DNA from: Octopus bimaculoides
Taxonomy: Eukaryota
Assembly: GCF_001194135.2 (NCBI RefSeq)
Contig: NC_068996.1
Coordinates: 53,988,454-54,044,741 of the forward strand
Direction: 5' to 3'
DNA: 56,288 nucleotides
Both the position numbers and the translations under genes were made by a program. Below are positions 38,055 to 49,204 of this stretch, piece after piece; positions within the stretch are counted from its first letter, which is position 1; each line of letters starts with the position of its first letter. The notes under the pieces were generated by a model. It had not been told where the DNA came from. It did no database searches and was given only the letters and a program-made list of their open reading frames with translations.

Positions 38055-39850
38055 GTATATATATATATATATATGCCTCAACCACCATCACTACCACCAT
38101 CACGTGTAAAAACTCTGCTGCTACACCAGTCTTGCCTGCCACCGTCACCAGTGAAACAACAACAGCAACAACAAGGACACAAATGTCCTTGCTAACAAAA
38201 CCACTGTCCTCACCACTGATACCACCACTACCGCCACCACCACCACAACAAACACGAACTTTGCCGAGGCTCTGAAGCCCAGAAAAAGAATTTTGAATAT
38301 ATCGAAAGAGAAATTACTCGCATGCAAAAGCATGCTAAGTAAAAAGGACGTTACAGTCCATCTGCAAACATCTGCGGACTTTAAAATAAACATAGATAAA
38401 AAAACTATCATCTACAGAACCATTAATTTAAAGACAAAGACACTGGAAAAATTCACTCAAGAAAAGGTTGAGAGATGCCTAAAGCCGCTATGGTCTTATA
38501 AAACTTACATAACGAGAGGAATGAAGTTCGCAACAATAGAGGTAAGACTCGGGGGCGAGCAGCGAGCCAAGGATCTCTCCACAAAGTCATTACAACATGA
38601 GAACCTGCTCATGATCCCTACGTACCTTGGTCGTAGGGTTACGAAAATAAAGATTTCGAATGTGCCTCCTGAAATTGAGGAAGAATGGCTCGTATCTGCC
38701 ATATGTCTCGGCATAGAGGAGGAAATAAACATTTTAGAAGCATCTGCCGTGTACAATGAAAACTGGATTGGCCAGGAATTTCAACNNNNNNNNNNNNNNN
38801 NNNNNNNNNNNNNNNNNNNNNNNNNNNNNNNNNNNNNNNNNNNNNNNNNNNNNNNNNNNNNNNNNNNNNNNNNNNNNNNNNNNNNNNNNNNNNNNNNNNN
38901 NNNNNNNNNNNNNNNNNNNNNNNNNNNNNNNNNNNNNNNNNNNNNNNNNNNNNNNNNNNNNNNNNNNNNNNNNNNNNNNNNNNNNNNNNNNNNNNNNNNN
39001 NNNNNNNNNNNNNNNNNNNNNNNNNNNNNNNNNNNNNNNNNNNNNNNNNNNNNNNNNNNNNNNNNNNNNNNNNNNNNNNNNNNNNNNNNNNNNNNNNNNN
39101 NNNNNNNNNNNNNNNNNNNNNNNNNNNNNNNNNNNNNNNNNNNNNNNNNNNNNNNNNNNNNNNNNNNNNNNNNNNNNNNNNNNNNNNNNNNNNNNNNNNN
39201 NNNNNNNNNNNNNNNNNNNNNNNNNNNNNNNNNNNNNNNNNNNNNNNNNNNNNNNNNNNNNNNNNNNNNNNNNNNNNNNNNNNNNNNNNNNNNNNNNNNN
39301 NNNNNNNNNNNNNNNNNNNNNNNNNNNNNNNNNNNNNNNNNNNNNNNNNNNNNNNNNNNNNNNNNNNNNNNNNNNNNNNNNNNNNNNNNNNNNNNNNNNN
39401 NNNNNNNNNNNNNNNNNNNNNNNNNNNNNNNNNNNNNNNNNNNNNNNNNNNNNNNNNNNNNNNNNNNNNNNNNNNNNNNNNNNNNNNNNNNNNNNNNNNN
39501 NNNNNNNNNNNNNNNNNNNNNNNNNNNNNNNNNNNNNNNNNNNNNNNNNNNNNNNNNNNNNNNNNNNACGACACTCTCATGTGTCTATTCTCTGCTGAGG
39601 TTACCATGGTCTTTTCCGTAGGCTTTTCTCTCCATGGATAAACCTAATGTTACCCCATTTTACACAATTGACATTTTCTGTGATATACGATACCCCATTT
39701 TTTTTTTTGCCCCTACCGATCCCTTTTGATCGGATTTTTTTTTTGCCCCTACCGATCCCTTTTGATCGGATTTTTTTTCTTTTCTTAAAGAAAAGCTCTA
39801 CAGTTGTATTTGTTCCCTTTGTGTGCAGCCCTGTGTGGCTAATAAAAGAA
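38055..39850 (+). mobile_element. Tx1/L1-like LINE: ORF1 N-terminus before the gap, probable 3' end after it
   Basis: Thr-rich start, frameshift, then NFAEALKP...PTYLGRRVTKIKISNVPPEIEEEWLVSAI (Tx1/L1 ORF1-like). After the gap: TLSCVYSLLRLPWSFP* and a 3'UTR ending in AATAAA. Linkage across the gap is assumed. Confidence 0.6.
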
Positions 39851-39881
39851 AGTTATCTATCTGTGTGTGTGTGTCTCTGTA

Positions 39882-39939
<58 letters not shown>

Positions 39940-39963
39940 CCTACCTGTCTGTCTATCTATCTG

Positions 39964-40039
<76 letters not shown>

Positions 40040-40047
40040 CCTACCTG

Positions 40048-40146
<99 letters not shown>

Positions 40147-40150
40147 GTCA
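39845..40150. repeat. (TATC)n compound microsatellite
   Basis: Direct inspection. Confidence 0.95.
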
Positions 40151-40922
40151 ATCTATCTGTTTGTCGGTTCGTCCGTCCGTCTGCCTCTCTGTACATACAT
40201 ACATACATTCATATATAAAGACATACATACACACAAACAGGCACATGCAAGCAAGCACACATATTGCTTGACAATATATGGTTGTGTGTAAGTTTACATA
40301 CACACAACCACGCACTCCTATACACGAAGCATTTAACAACCGGAGCTAAAATCTTTCAGTATGTTATATAATACGCTGGTGGCTTTGTTGACCAATCGAT
40401 ATCAGCTGCTATGTCGTCGGTCATATCCTGTGTTTATGTTCCAGCCACTTAATTGTCAATGATCTAATGATCCACCTAACAACTAGTTTTTCTTCTTACC
40501 GCTGGATGTCATAATTAACAAATGTAACCGTAACAATACTGTACAATTGATAAATAGTTTAGTTGGCTTCGAGGTCGAAGTTCCATTCTACCTGTAGTAA
40601 ATTACAATCAACAGACAGATGCTCTACTAAAATGCGATTCACTACCAAAGTACACATAAACAGCAGCAGTTAGTGTTTTTCACTTAAACATGCACATTTA
40701 CTATACATATATATATATATATATATANNNNNNNNNNNNNNNNNNNNNNNNNNNNNNNNNNNNNNNNNNNNNNNNNNNNNNNNNNNNNNNNNNNNNNNNN
40801 NNNNNNNNNNNNNNNNNNNNNNNNNNNNNNNNNNNNNNNNNNNNNNNNNNNNNNNNNNNNNNNNNNNNNNNNNNNNNNNNNNNNNNNNNNNNNNNNNNNN
40901 NNNNNNNNNNNNNNNNNNNNNN

Positions 40923-40992
40923 CACTAAAAAGACCTATAATAAAAATGCAAATATTTATTACTTTGCATTTTTATTATAGGTCTTTTTAGTG
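40923..40992. repeat. Perfect 30-bp stem hairpin next to a gap
   Basis: cactaaaaagacctataataaaaatgcaaa-(10 nt)-tttgcatttttattataggtctttttagtg. Confidence 0.9.
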
Positions 40993-41213
40993 TATTTACT
41001 TATTAAATTTTTCTACATGTGACTGTGGATTTTCATGGATGAATTCAAGAATTGTGGTTTTTTTCTCTAAATTATATATTTATATAATATATATTGTGAA
41101 ATAGATATTTTAATTTTAATTTCGATAAATTAAATTAAATTGAATTTTTCCCTGTAAATTTGGATTTTTATCCCTAATATTATTATCATAATTATTATTA
41201 TATATATATATAT

Positions 41214-41555
41214 TGTTGTGTCTGGGGAGAGTCATTCTCTTTTAGTACCTTATTATTTAACACACTCACCGGTAAAATTTCCTCTCGTTTCTTTATTTTT
41301 CTAAAATTTTCGTTGCGTCTTGCAACCTTTTCACTAGTCGTTGACATTTCAATAATCAATCACTATTGAAAAGGTTACAAGACGCAACGAAAAGTTTAGA
41401 AAAAAAGGAGGAAATAAGTGGAAACTTTACCAGTGAGTGTGTTAAATTATGAGGCACTAAAAAGAACGACTCTCTCCAGACACAACAGAATATGCTTCAA
41501 CACACAAACTCACATAAAGAATCTTGCAAACCAAATAAAAAACGAAGTGTATATA
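41214..41555. mobile_element. Inverted (tail-out) pair of the U3:A8 hammerhead-like family
   Basis: 41214-41339 and 41361-41555 are reverse-complement copies. Motifs at 41301-41337 (-) and 41363-41399 (+). Confidence 0.75.
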
Positions 41556-41700
41556 TATATATATATATGTATATGTGTATATACATATATTTATATATAC
41601 ATATATATGCGCGCGTGTGTGTATGTGAGTAGATGTACAACATAAATGTATACATCTACTCACAGGGACTGCAATCGCCCAAAACACCGACTCAAGAATT

Positions 41701-41750
41701 CCTTAGACTGGACTTCAGTTTCGGCTGTTTCTGTAGCCTCTTCAGTAAGG
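41701..41750 (-). ncRNA. Canonical type-I hammerhead ribozyme
   Basis: CCUUA CUGAAGA GGCU-acagaaac-AGCC GAA ACUG-aaguc-CAGU C UAAGG: all three stems Watson-Crick, complete core, GUC cleavage triplet. Confidence 0.92.
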
Positions 41751-41921
41751 ACCGCTTGTTCAGCAGATTCCGGGCTAATCCCCTGTCAGCATATATGTAT
41801 TTACCATAAAAGTTTATGGATGATTATACCCATTAGCGATCCGCTAAATCATCCATAAATTTTTATGGTAAATACATACATGCTGACAGGAGATTAGCCC
41901 GGAATCTGCCGAACGAGCAGT

Positions 41922-41965
41922 CCTTACTGAAGAGGCTATAGCTGAAACTGAATGTTCGGTCTAAG
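41922..41965 (+). ncRNA. Type-I hammerhead, shortened stem II variant
   Basis: CCUUA CUGAAGA GGC-uaua-GCU GAA ACUG-aauguu-CGGU C UAAG. Confidence 0.75.
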
Positions 41966-42161
41966 AAATTCTTGAGTCGGTGTTTTGGGCAATTGTAGCA
42001 CCTATGAACATATATGTATACATTCATATGCTTTTCCTACAACATTAGAGTATTTTAGCTCTTATTTGTAGCAATATAGGTATTTTGGCACCCTTAGTCG
42101 CGTTTAGTGACGATTATACTTTTCCTTTACGGTATCACTTTGCGCATGACTGTTTATATTA

Positions 42162-42209
<48 letters not shown>

Positions 42210-42231
<22 letters not shown>

Positions 42232-42480
42232 AGTAAATAAAAAACGAAGAACAAACAAAAACAAACTCAACAACATGTGGACTTGGTACATGTAAAGTAT
42301 CAGCAGACGGTCAGGGAAGAAAAGAAAGATGGGTTAACGTTTCGAGCAAAGCTCTTCTTCAGAAACAGTGGAAAGTCCAATAGAAAAGGAAGACGGAGGA
42401 AAAAAAATCGCCAACGATTCACATGTGGTTTGCACGCCAACAGCTGGCAGCACACGGTTGCTTGCGCTGCGAGAGCTAGC
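42210..42480 (-). mobile_element. PLE-type terminal repeat fragment with minimal hammerhead (42332-42366)
   Basis: The minus strand reads GUUU CUGAAGA A GAGC-uuu-GCUC GAA ACGU U AACC. Ends next to (TATC)n. Confidence 0.65.
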
Positions 42481-42552
42481 AATGTTTACTTCGCAAGTTG
42501 CTAAATTTGTGTTTTTGTCATCACGTGTATGCTGTAGTCAGCGATTTTTGTC

Positions 42553-42885
42553 ATGGACCGGAAGTTGCAACAAAGAGCCAACGTGGAATTTTGCGATAAA
42601 CTTGGAAAGTCTGCTACAGAGATATTGAGCCTGCTTCGGCAAGCTTACAATGACGAGGCAGTGGGTAGTACGCAATGTTTCGAGTTGCATGGGCGCTTCA
42701 AAAGTGGAAGAACGTCCCTGGAAGACGATAAGCGATCTGGAAGACCTGCCATGAGAATCACTCCTGGAAATGTGGAGAAAATTCGTCAGCTTGTGCATGA
42801 GGATCGTCGGAGGATAATCAATGACGTTTTGAAGCGTTTGAGGAAGGACGTTCGGTGAAAGCGACCAGATCTGTTGAGCATGATG
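42553..42885 (+). mobile_element. Mariner transposase N-terminal HTH, internally deleted
   Basis: MDRKLQQRANVEFCDKLGKSATEILSLLRQAYNDEAV..FELHGRFKSGRTSLEDDKRSGRP..EDRR, joined to VLKRLRKDVR*KRPDL. Confidence 0.9.
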
Positions 42886-42924
42886 GTCCTCGATTTGCTT
42901 ACAGAAAATTAGTTCCAGCGCGCG

Positions 42925-43020
42925 AGCGTGTGTGTTTGTCTCCCACTACCGCTTGACAACGGGTGTTTGCTTACTTACGTCTCCTGTAACCTAGCGGATC
43001 AGCCAAAGAGTACGACAAAG
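42925..43020 (+). mobile_element. SINE family A internal fragment
   Basis: tttgtctcccactaccgcttgacaacgggtg..tacgtctcctgtaacctagcgg. Confidence 0.7.
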
Positions 43021-43079
43021 CATTGCGATCTATTTATTCGACGCAGTAAACCACGCTCATGACACTGACTGCATTTCAG

Positions 43080-43650
43080 TTGCGTTCTGTTCTCTCACCA
43101 CTCTCACCCTCTGCATCCTTTACTGTCTTCAATCCAATACTGTCATCGCTCACCTCTCCCTCTCTCACAATTCCCCTCCTTTAAGCGCGCCTGCAAGCTT
43201 CGAGGTATTCTTGACAATTCTTTAACACTTCATTGCATCCCTTGTTCCTTTTCGTCCTCCCGTTGCTCCCATCCCCATTTTCCCACTTGTACTTTCCTTG
43301 CTAACACCAATACTCTCACCTGACCAACCACCACATTTTGCACGTCAGGGACTCTTTCAGCTGTTCATCGACCAACCGGATTATATGCTCTCCAGTGTTC
43401 CCTTTGCGATTCGATCTCCATCGGATAAACCGGCCATCGATTGTCTGATAGATCCGCAGACCTCTTCGGAGACTTCCAGTTGAATGTAACTCGACATTAC
43501 CGCTCCACCGACCATACCACCCAATACTTCTCATTTTCCGCGGTTTCTCCTCCAACACCAAAACTCCACCTTTGACACCCGTAAGGAAGAATAGTTCATC
43601 TTTCTAAACCTTAAACGTTCTTCAATTTAAATTTCTACGCTTACTTTCTG
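43080..43650 (+). mobile_element. Second-family Penelope-like GIY-YIG fragment (decayed)
   Basis: VRDSFSCSSTN.I(Y)..QCSLCDSISIG*TGHRLSDRSADLFGD..TRHYRSTDH aligns with the PLE consensus IYCI.C..C..YIGETGRRL.DRF.EH. Frameshifts are present. Confidence 0.7.
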
Positions 43651-43890
43651 TAACCTGCACTTCCATCCGGCTGTCGGTTCTAGAGTTACACACCTGTGCC
43701 TCTTTGTATTTCTCTCTATCCTTCTCCCTTGCAATACCCCCTCCGTATAAAACATCCCCACCCTCCCACAATGCATCCTTTTACTCATATCAGTAAATAC
43801 ACACGCAAACACACTTTTCCTTTCGACCAGTCCTTACCCCGCACCATTCACTTATGCACGTATACGTCCTCTCACGAAAGTTTTTACGTC

Positions 43891-45062
43891 ACTCATTAGG
43901 GAACTTTTATACGTTGACGATTGCGATCTTGTCAGTCATTCTGAAACAGGTCTGCAATCTCTTGTATCTGCATTTGACTCAGCTTGTGATGATTTTGGCT
44001 TGACGATCAACATGAAAAAGACAGTTGTAATGCATCAACCTGTTTGTGGTGCTGTTTGTAACCCACTAAAATTTTGTTAAGAGTAAGCTACTTGAGGTTG
44101 TTGATTCGTTCGTCTACCTTGGAAGCTCTGTACAAAATGATGGAAATCTGGATATACAGAAAGACATCTACGAATTCAAAGGGCAGCAAAAGCATTTGGT
44201 GGCTTGGAGTCACGCGTTTGGCGCCAGCGACATACACAAAATTGGCTCTTTACAAATCATTTGCCTCACCATCCCTGTTGTATTCTTCTGAAACATGGAC
44301 ATGTTATGAAAGACATTTTATATTCCACCAAAAATGCCTTCATCGCATTTTAGACATTAAATGGAGATCTTTTACTCCAAACACAGATGTCCTTGCATCT
44401 GCAGGCATCACCCCAATTAAAGCTATGATTTTGAGAAACCAAATGAGATGGTGTGGCCATATTGTTCGAATGGCAGATGAACGCACTCCCAAACACCTGT
44501 TTTATAGTGAGCTTGCAGAGGGGAAGTACTATCGGTGTAAACCTAAAAAAGGTTTAAGGACAGCATAAAGACTAATATGAAGTCACTTGGAATGGATCCA
44601 GAGGACATAGAAACCCTTGCTTCTGATCGAGACGGATGGCGAACAAAAATGTGCAGTGGCGGGAAAACGTTTGAAGAGGTCAGGATAACGCATTCGAGAC
44701 TCAAGAGAGATTTAAGGAAGAATGTTACGATCGAGAAGGTGAATGACAATGATCCCTTTTTAGGTGCACAGTTTGTGACAGACCATGCCTTTCTTTTGCT
44801 GGGCTCAAATCTCATTTGCGAACTCATGGAAAACGAACTTCTACCAACTGTTCTGCCAGAAGGTTTGCAAATCTAACGGAGGCCTCATAAGACATTGTAA
44901 TATACACAAAAATCAGAACTTATCTGCAGCTCTTCGTAGTCCAAATCGGATATGCAATCTATGTGGGTGTCTTTCCTAAACATTCTCTGGTTTAAAAAGC
45001 CACATCAGATGGTATGACGGTTCTACAGGAGGTGGTCAAACTCTGCATAAGGAGTCGACTAC
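43891..45062 (+). mobile_element. 5'-truncated RTE-clade LINE with three C-terminal C2H2-like fingers
   Basis: IRELLYVDDCDLV..FGLTINMKKTVVMHQP..LLYSSETWTCY..FHQKCLHRIL..QMRWCGHIVRMADERTPKHLFYSEL..GK. Fingers at ~44762-45020. Confidence 0.9.
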
Positions 45063-45063
45063 G

Positions 45064-45140
<77 letters not shown>

Positions 45141-46334
45141 CTGTCGACAGTTCAATTATAAATGAATAAAAAATGCACTAAGTACAGGACATCACCAACG
45201 AGTGTAAAAATACGTAAATACCAAAAGGAGATAACTCGCCCATCAGTTGTCGACTGTTTACTACTACTCATTTCGTGCTTTTGACGACAAGATAGGAATA
45301 CTTCATAGGACAACAGCATCCAGAAATTTTAGAAATATATAATTTGTGGAGAAAAAGGGCCTATAATCACGTGTGATGAACAAGAAGAGTGGAAAGGGGA
45401 CAAGGGAGAGGAAGGGGGAAGGAAGCAAAAGGAGTGAGGAGAAGAAAGAAGGAACGAAAGATAGTAGAGAGTGAAAGAAAGACAAAGAGGGAGGGGGAGA
45501 AAAGAAAAATATCGAGGATTATACAGGAATAGAGAGAAAGAAAGAAAACAGTGTGGAGTCGCAAGAATTGTATATCAATGTAGGAACTTACTGTGAACAA
45601 GGGTTGTGTAGCGTTCAATTATAAATAAAAGACACACACATTAAGTACAGGATATCATATATATACATATATACATACATATATATATATATATANNNNN
45701 NNNNNNNNNNNNNNNNNNNNNNNNNNNNNNNNNNNNNNNNNNNNNNNNNNNNNNNNNNNNNNNNNNNNNNNNNNNNNNNNNNNNNNNNNNNNNNNNNNNN
45801 NNNNNNNNNNNNNNNNNNNNNNNNNNNNNNNNNNNNNNNNNNNNNNNNNNNNNNNNNNNNNNNNNNNNNNNNNNNNNNNNNNNNNNNNNNNNNNNNNNNN
45901 NNNNNNNNNNNNNNNNTATAATATATTGTGAAATATAGGATTCCATTATAGAGACAAAACTTTTGTGAAACGAGCGTAAGATACTTTTAAAACTTAATTT
46001 TAAACTATTAAATTTTAAACCGTCATATTTATTATATATTTACACTTATACATATTTACATATATTTATATATATATTTATATTTTTAATACAATGATTA
46101 TTCTACACATGTATATATCCTTAAAAAGAATTTTTCTGATGTTGATTTCCTGATATCATTTCACAATATATTATATATTATATATAATCGCTCGCATTAG
46201 ATGTATAAATACTTTAATAGTATTAATACTTTGATACAAAAGAGCACTCACAGTAAATTCAGTATATAATATTCTTATACAATATATTTAACTAAAGATT
46301 TATATATATATATACGTTCACACACACACACTTG

Positions 46335-46525
46335 TATATGCTCGACCGCTAGCCACTAAAGATTTTTTATTCTCTCTGTTTATTTTCTCGTGTTCCTTTC
46401 TGTTGAAGAGCGTAGGCTCGAAACGTAAAAGACATTCTCACCCTCCCGAGCGTTAAAATAATACACCAGTTTGTTGTCTATACACTTGTTTTCGTGATTT
46501 GTTTTTTTGTAAATTCCAACTATAT
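46335..46525 (+). mobile_element. PLE-type terminal repeat with A6U hammerhead-like motif (46396-46431)
   Basis: CUUU CUGUUGA A GAGC-guag-GCUC GAA ACGU A AAAG. A sequence resembling its 3' end occurs inverted at ~6825-6870. Confidence 0.65.
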
Positions 46526-46941
46526 ATATATAATTGTATATATATGCATACATAAATATACAAGTGCGTATGTGTGTTACATAATTTTCGAGAAAAATCT
46601 TGTTCCCAAAGCTACCTATGAAAAGCGCAGCAAGAGAAGTGAACCTCGGTTGCGCAAGCCTATAGAAAATTTCCAAGAACGATTCTTATCAGTCAGTGCT
46701 TCGCCTGTATTATACCTATATTTTTCATTACATGTACCTTGACAAAGAGGCTTTAAACATCTAACGGAGAAATGTTGCCATCCGCGTTATTTCGTAAACT
46801 TTGAATGATCTCGACAGATGCGAGTGAGGTGTATTTTTCCAGTGTAGAATTCCTTCGTACTGTCAAGCAGTTTAACAATTCCGTGATTTGGTGTGTTGAG
46901 TTTGGAGATTATAGGTCAAACTAGCTTATACTATTTGTGAG

Positions 46942-47015
<74 letters not shown>

Positions 47016-47456
47016 CAGAAAAGAAAATGGAATTCACGAGATCTTTATTNNNNNNNNNNNNNNNNNNNNNNNNNNNNNNNNNNNNNNNNNNNNNNNNNNN
47101 NNNNNNNNNNNNNNNNNNNNNNNNNNNNNNNNNNNNNNNNNNNNNNNNNNNNNNNNNNNNNNNNNNNNNNNNNNNNNNNNNNNNNNNNNNNNNNNNNNNN
47201 NNNNNNNNNNNNNNNNNNNNNNNNNNNNNNNNNNNNNNNNNNNNNNNNNNNNNNNNNNNNNNNNNNNNNNNNNNNNNNNNNNNNNNNNNNNNNNNNNNNN
47301 NNNNNNNNNNNNNNNNNNNNNNNNNNNNNNNNNNNNNNNNNNNNNNNNNNNNNNNNNNNNNNNNNNNNNNNNNNNNNNNNNNNNNNNNNNNNNNNNNNNN
47401 NNNNNNNNNNNNNNNNNNNNNNNNNNNNNNNNNNNATATATATATGTATGTATGTA

Positions 47457-47501
<45 letters not shown>

Positions 47502-47539
47502 CTGTGTGTATGTGTCTGTGTGTGTGTATGTGTCTGTGT

Positions 47540-47730
47540 GTGTGTATTTGTCCCCCACAACCCTTTGACAACTGGTTTCGCTGTGTTTACGTCCCCGTAA
47601 CTTAGCGGCGCGGCAAAAGAGACCAATAGAATAAGTATCTGGTTTTAAAAAATGTCCTGGGACTAAAAGCCTTTCAAGGTGGTGCTCCAGCATGGACGCA
47701 ATCAACTGAAACAAGTAATAGGTAAAAAAG
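47540..47730 (+). mobile_element. SINE family A 3' half
   Basis: tttgtcccccac..gtttacgtccccgtaacttagcgg..ggtggtgctccagcatgg..actgaaacaagtaa. Confidence 0.8.
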
Positions 47731-48178
47731 AACCCAAAAGATAACAGATAGATGCAGATTGCGTCTCTCCAGGCAACTTTTTAAATAAATACCTCTCTCC
47801 TTACTCGCTGTTTCGCTTCATTCTATGACGACACTTCTCTCACTCAAAATCGCTGAACGAGTTTCACACAGCATCGTACAAAGTTTCTACCCGAATATAT
47901 AATGTTCACTGTATATATTTACATATATATATATATATATACATACATACATACATACATACATACATACATACATACATACATACATACATACATACAT
48001 GTACATATGTACATACGAAGTACACACACACACTCTGTGTAAACGACATTGCTAATAAGGAAGAGTGGGAGAAAGAAAGGAGGAGAGGAGGAGAGGCAGA
48101 AAGAAGAAGGATAGAGCACAAGTTTATACATCTATACATACATACACACATATACGTATGTATGTGTATGTATGTATA

Positions 48179-48211
<33 letters not shown>

Positions 48212-48684
48212 NNNNNNNNNNNNNNNNNNNNNNNNNNNNNNNNNNNNNNNNNNNNNNNNNNNNNNNNNNNNNNNNNNNNNNNNNNNNNNNNNNNNNNNNN
48301 NNNNNNNNNNNNNNNNNNNNNNNNNNNNNNNNNNNNNNNNNNNNNNNNNNNNNNNNNNNNNNNNNNNNNNNNNNNNNNNNNNNNNNNNNNNNNNNNNNNN
48401 NNNNNNNNNNNNNNNNNNNNNNNNNNNNNNNNNNNNNNNNNNNNNNNNNNNNNNNNNNNNNNNNNNNNNNNNNNNNNNNNNNNNNNNNNNNNNNNNNNNN
48501 NNNNNNNNNNNNNNNNNNNNNNNNNNNNNNNNNNNNNNNNNNNNNNNNNNNNNNNNNNNNNNNNNNNTATATAGATGTATGTAATCACACATATACACAA
48601 GAGTGCAAATAATAGAGACTGTCAGGTGGGGAAATAGTGAGACAGAATGAGAGAGAAAGAGAGGGAGAGGGAGAGAAAGAGAGA

Positions 48685-48716
<32 letters not shown>

Positions 48717-49204
48717 AAGAGAGTGAGAAAGAACACAAGTTTTCACATGCATAATTTCATGCACTCATGAACGCAACTTCGACACTCACCTTAATTAGAT
48801 GAACACGTTCAAACCGGCATATATACACATTATAAGACATACATACAAGCAACACATAGTGTCATATACGTTTTGACAGGAAATATAAATTCACACACAC
48901 ACACACACACTCATTAACTCACTCACTCTCTTTCTCGCTCACACACACATTAACATATGCACCTCCTCACACACATATTCACACAAACAGGTTCATATAC
49001 TGAACCACGTAATTGCGTGCTAGTATGTATATTTATAAACACAGAATAATACTTAGTCACAGAGTCACTTAGATACACGGATACATATAGAGTCCTGCGT
49101 GTATATATTTGTGTGCGTCGGTATGTATGTTTATGTGTGCTTGTGTGTGTGTGTGTGTGTGTGTGTGCGTGCGTGTGCGTGTAGGTATGTATATGCATAT
49201 AATC

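Larger units (their letters stand above)
41645..42024. mobile_element. ~380-bp fold-back element with a hammerhead in each arm
   Basis: Arms 41645-41825 and 41847-42024. The 21-nt spacer contains the mini-hairpin TAGCG-ATC-CGCTA. Confidence 0.85.

Noticed and set aside
45139-45660. Further PLE terminus with hammerhead, flanked by ~45-bp direct repeats
   Set aside because: The direct repeats are visible, but no CUGANGA-type core could be paired and the element is too decayed to call.
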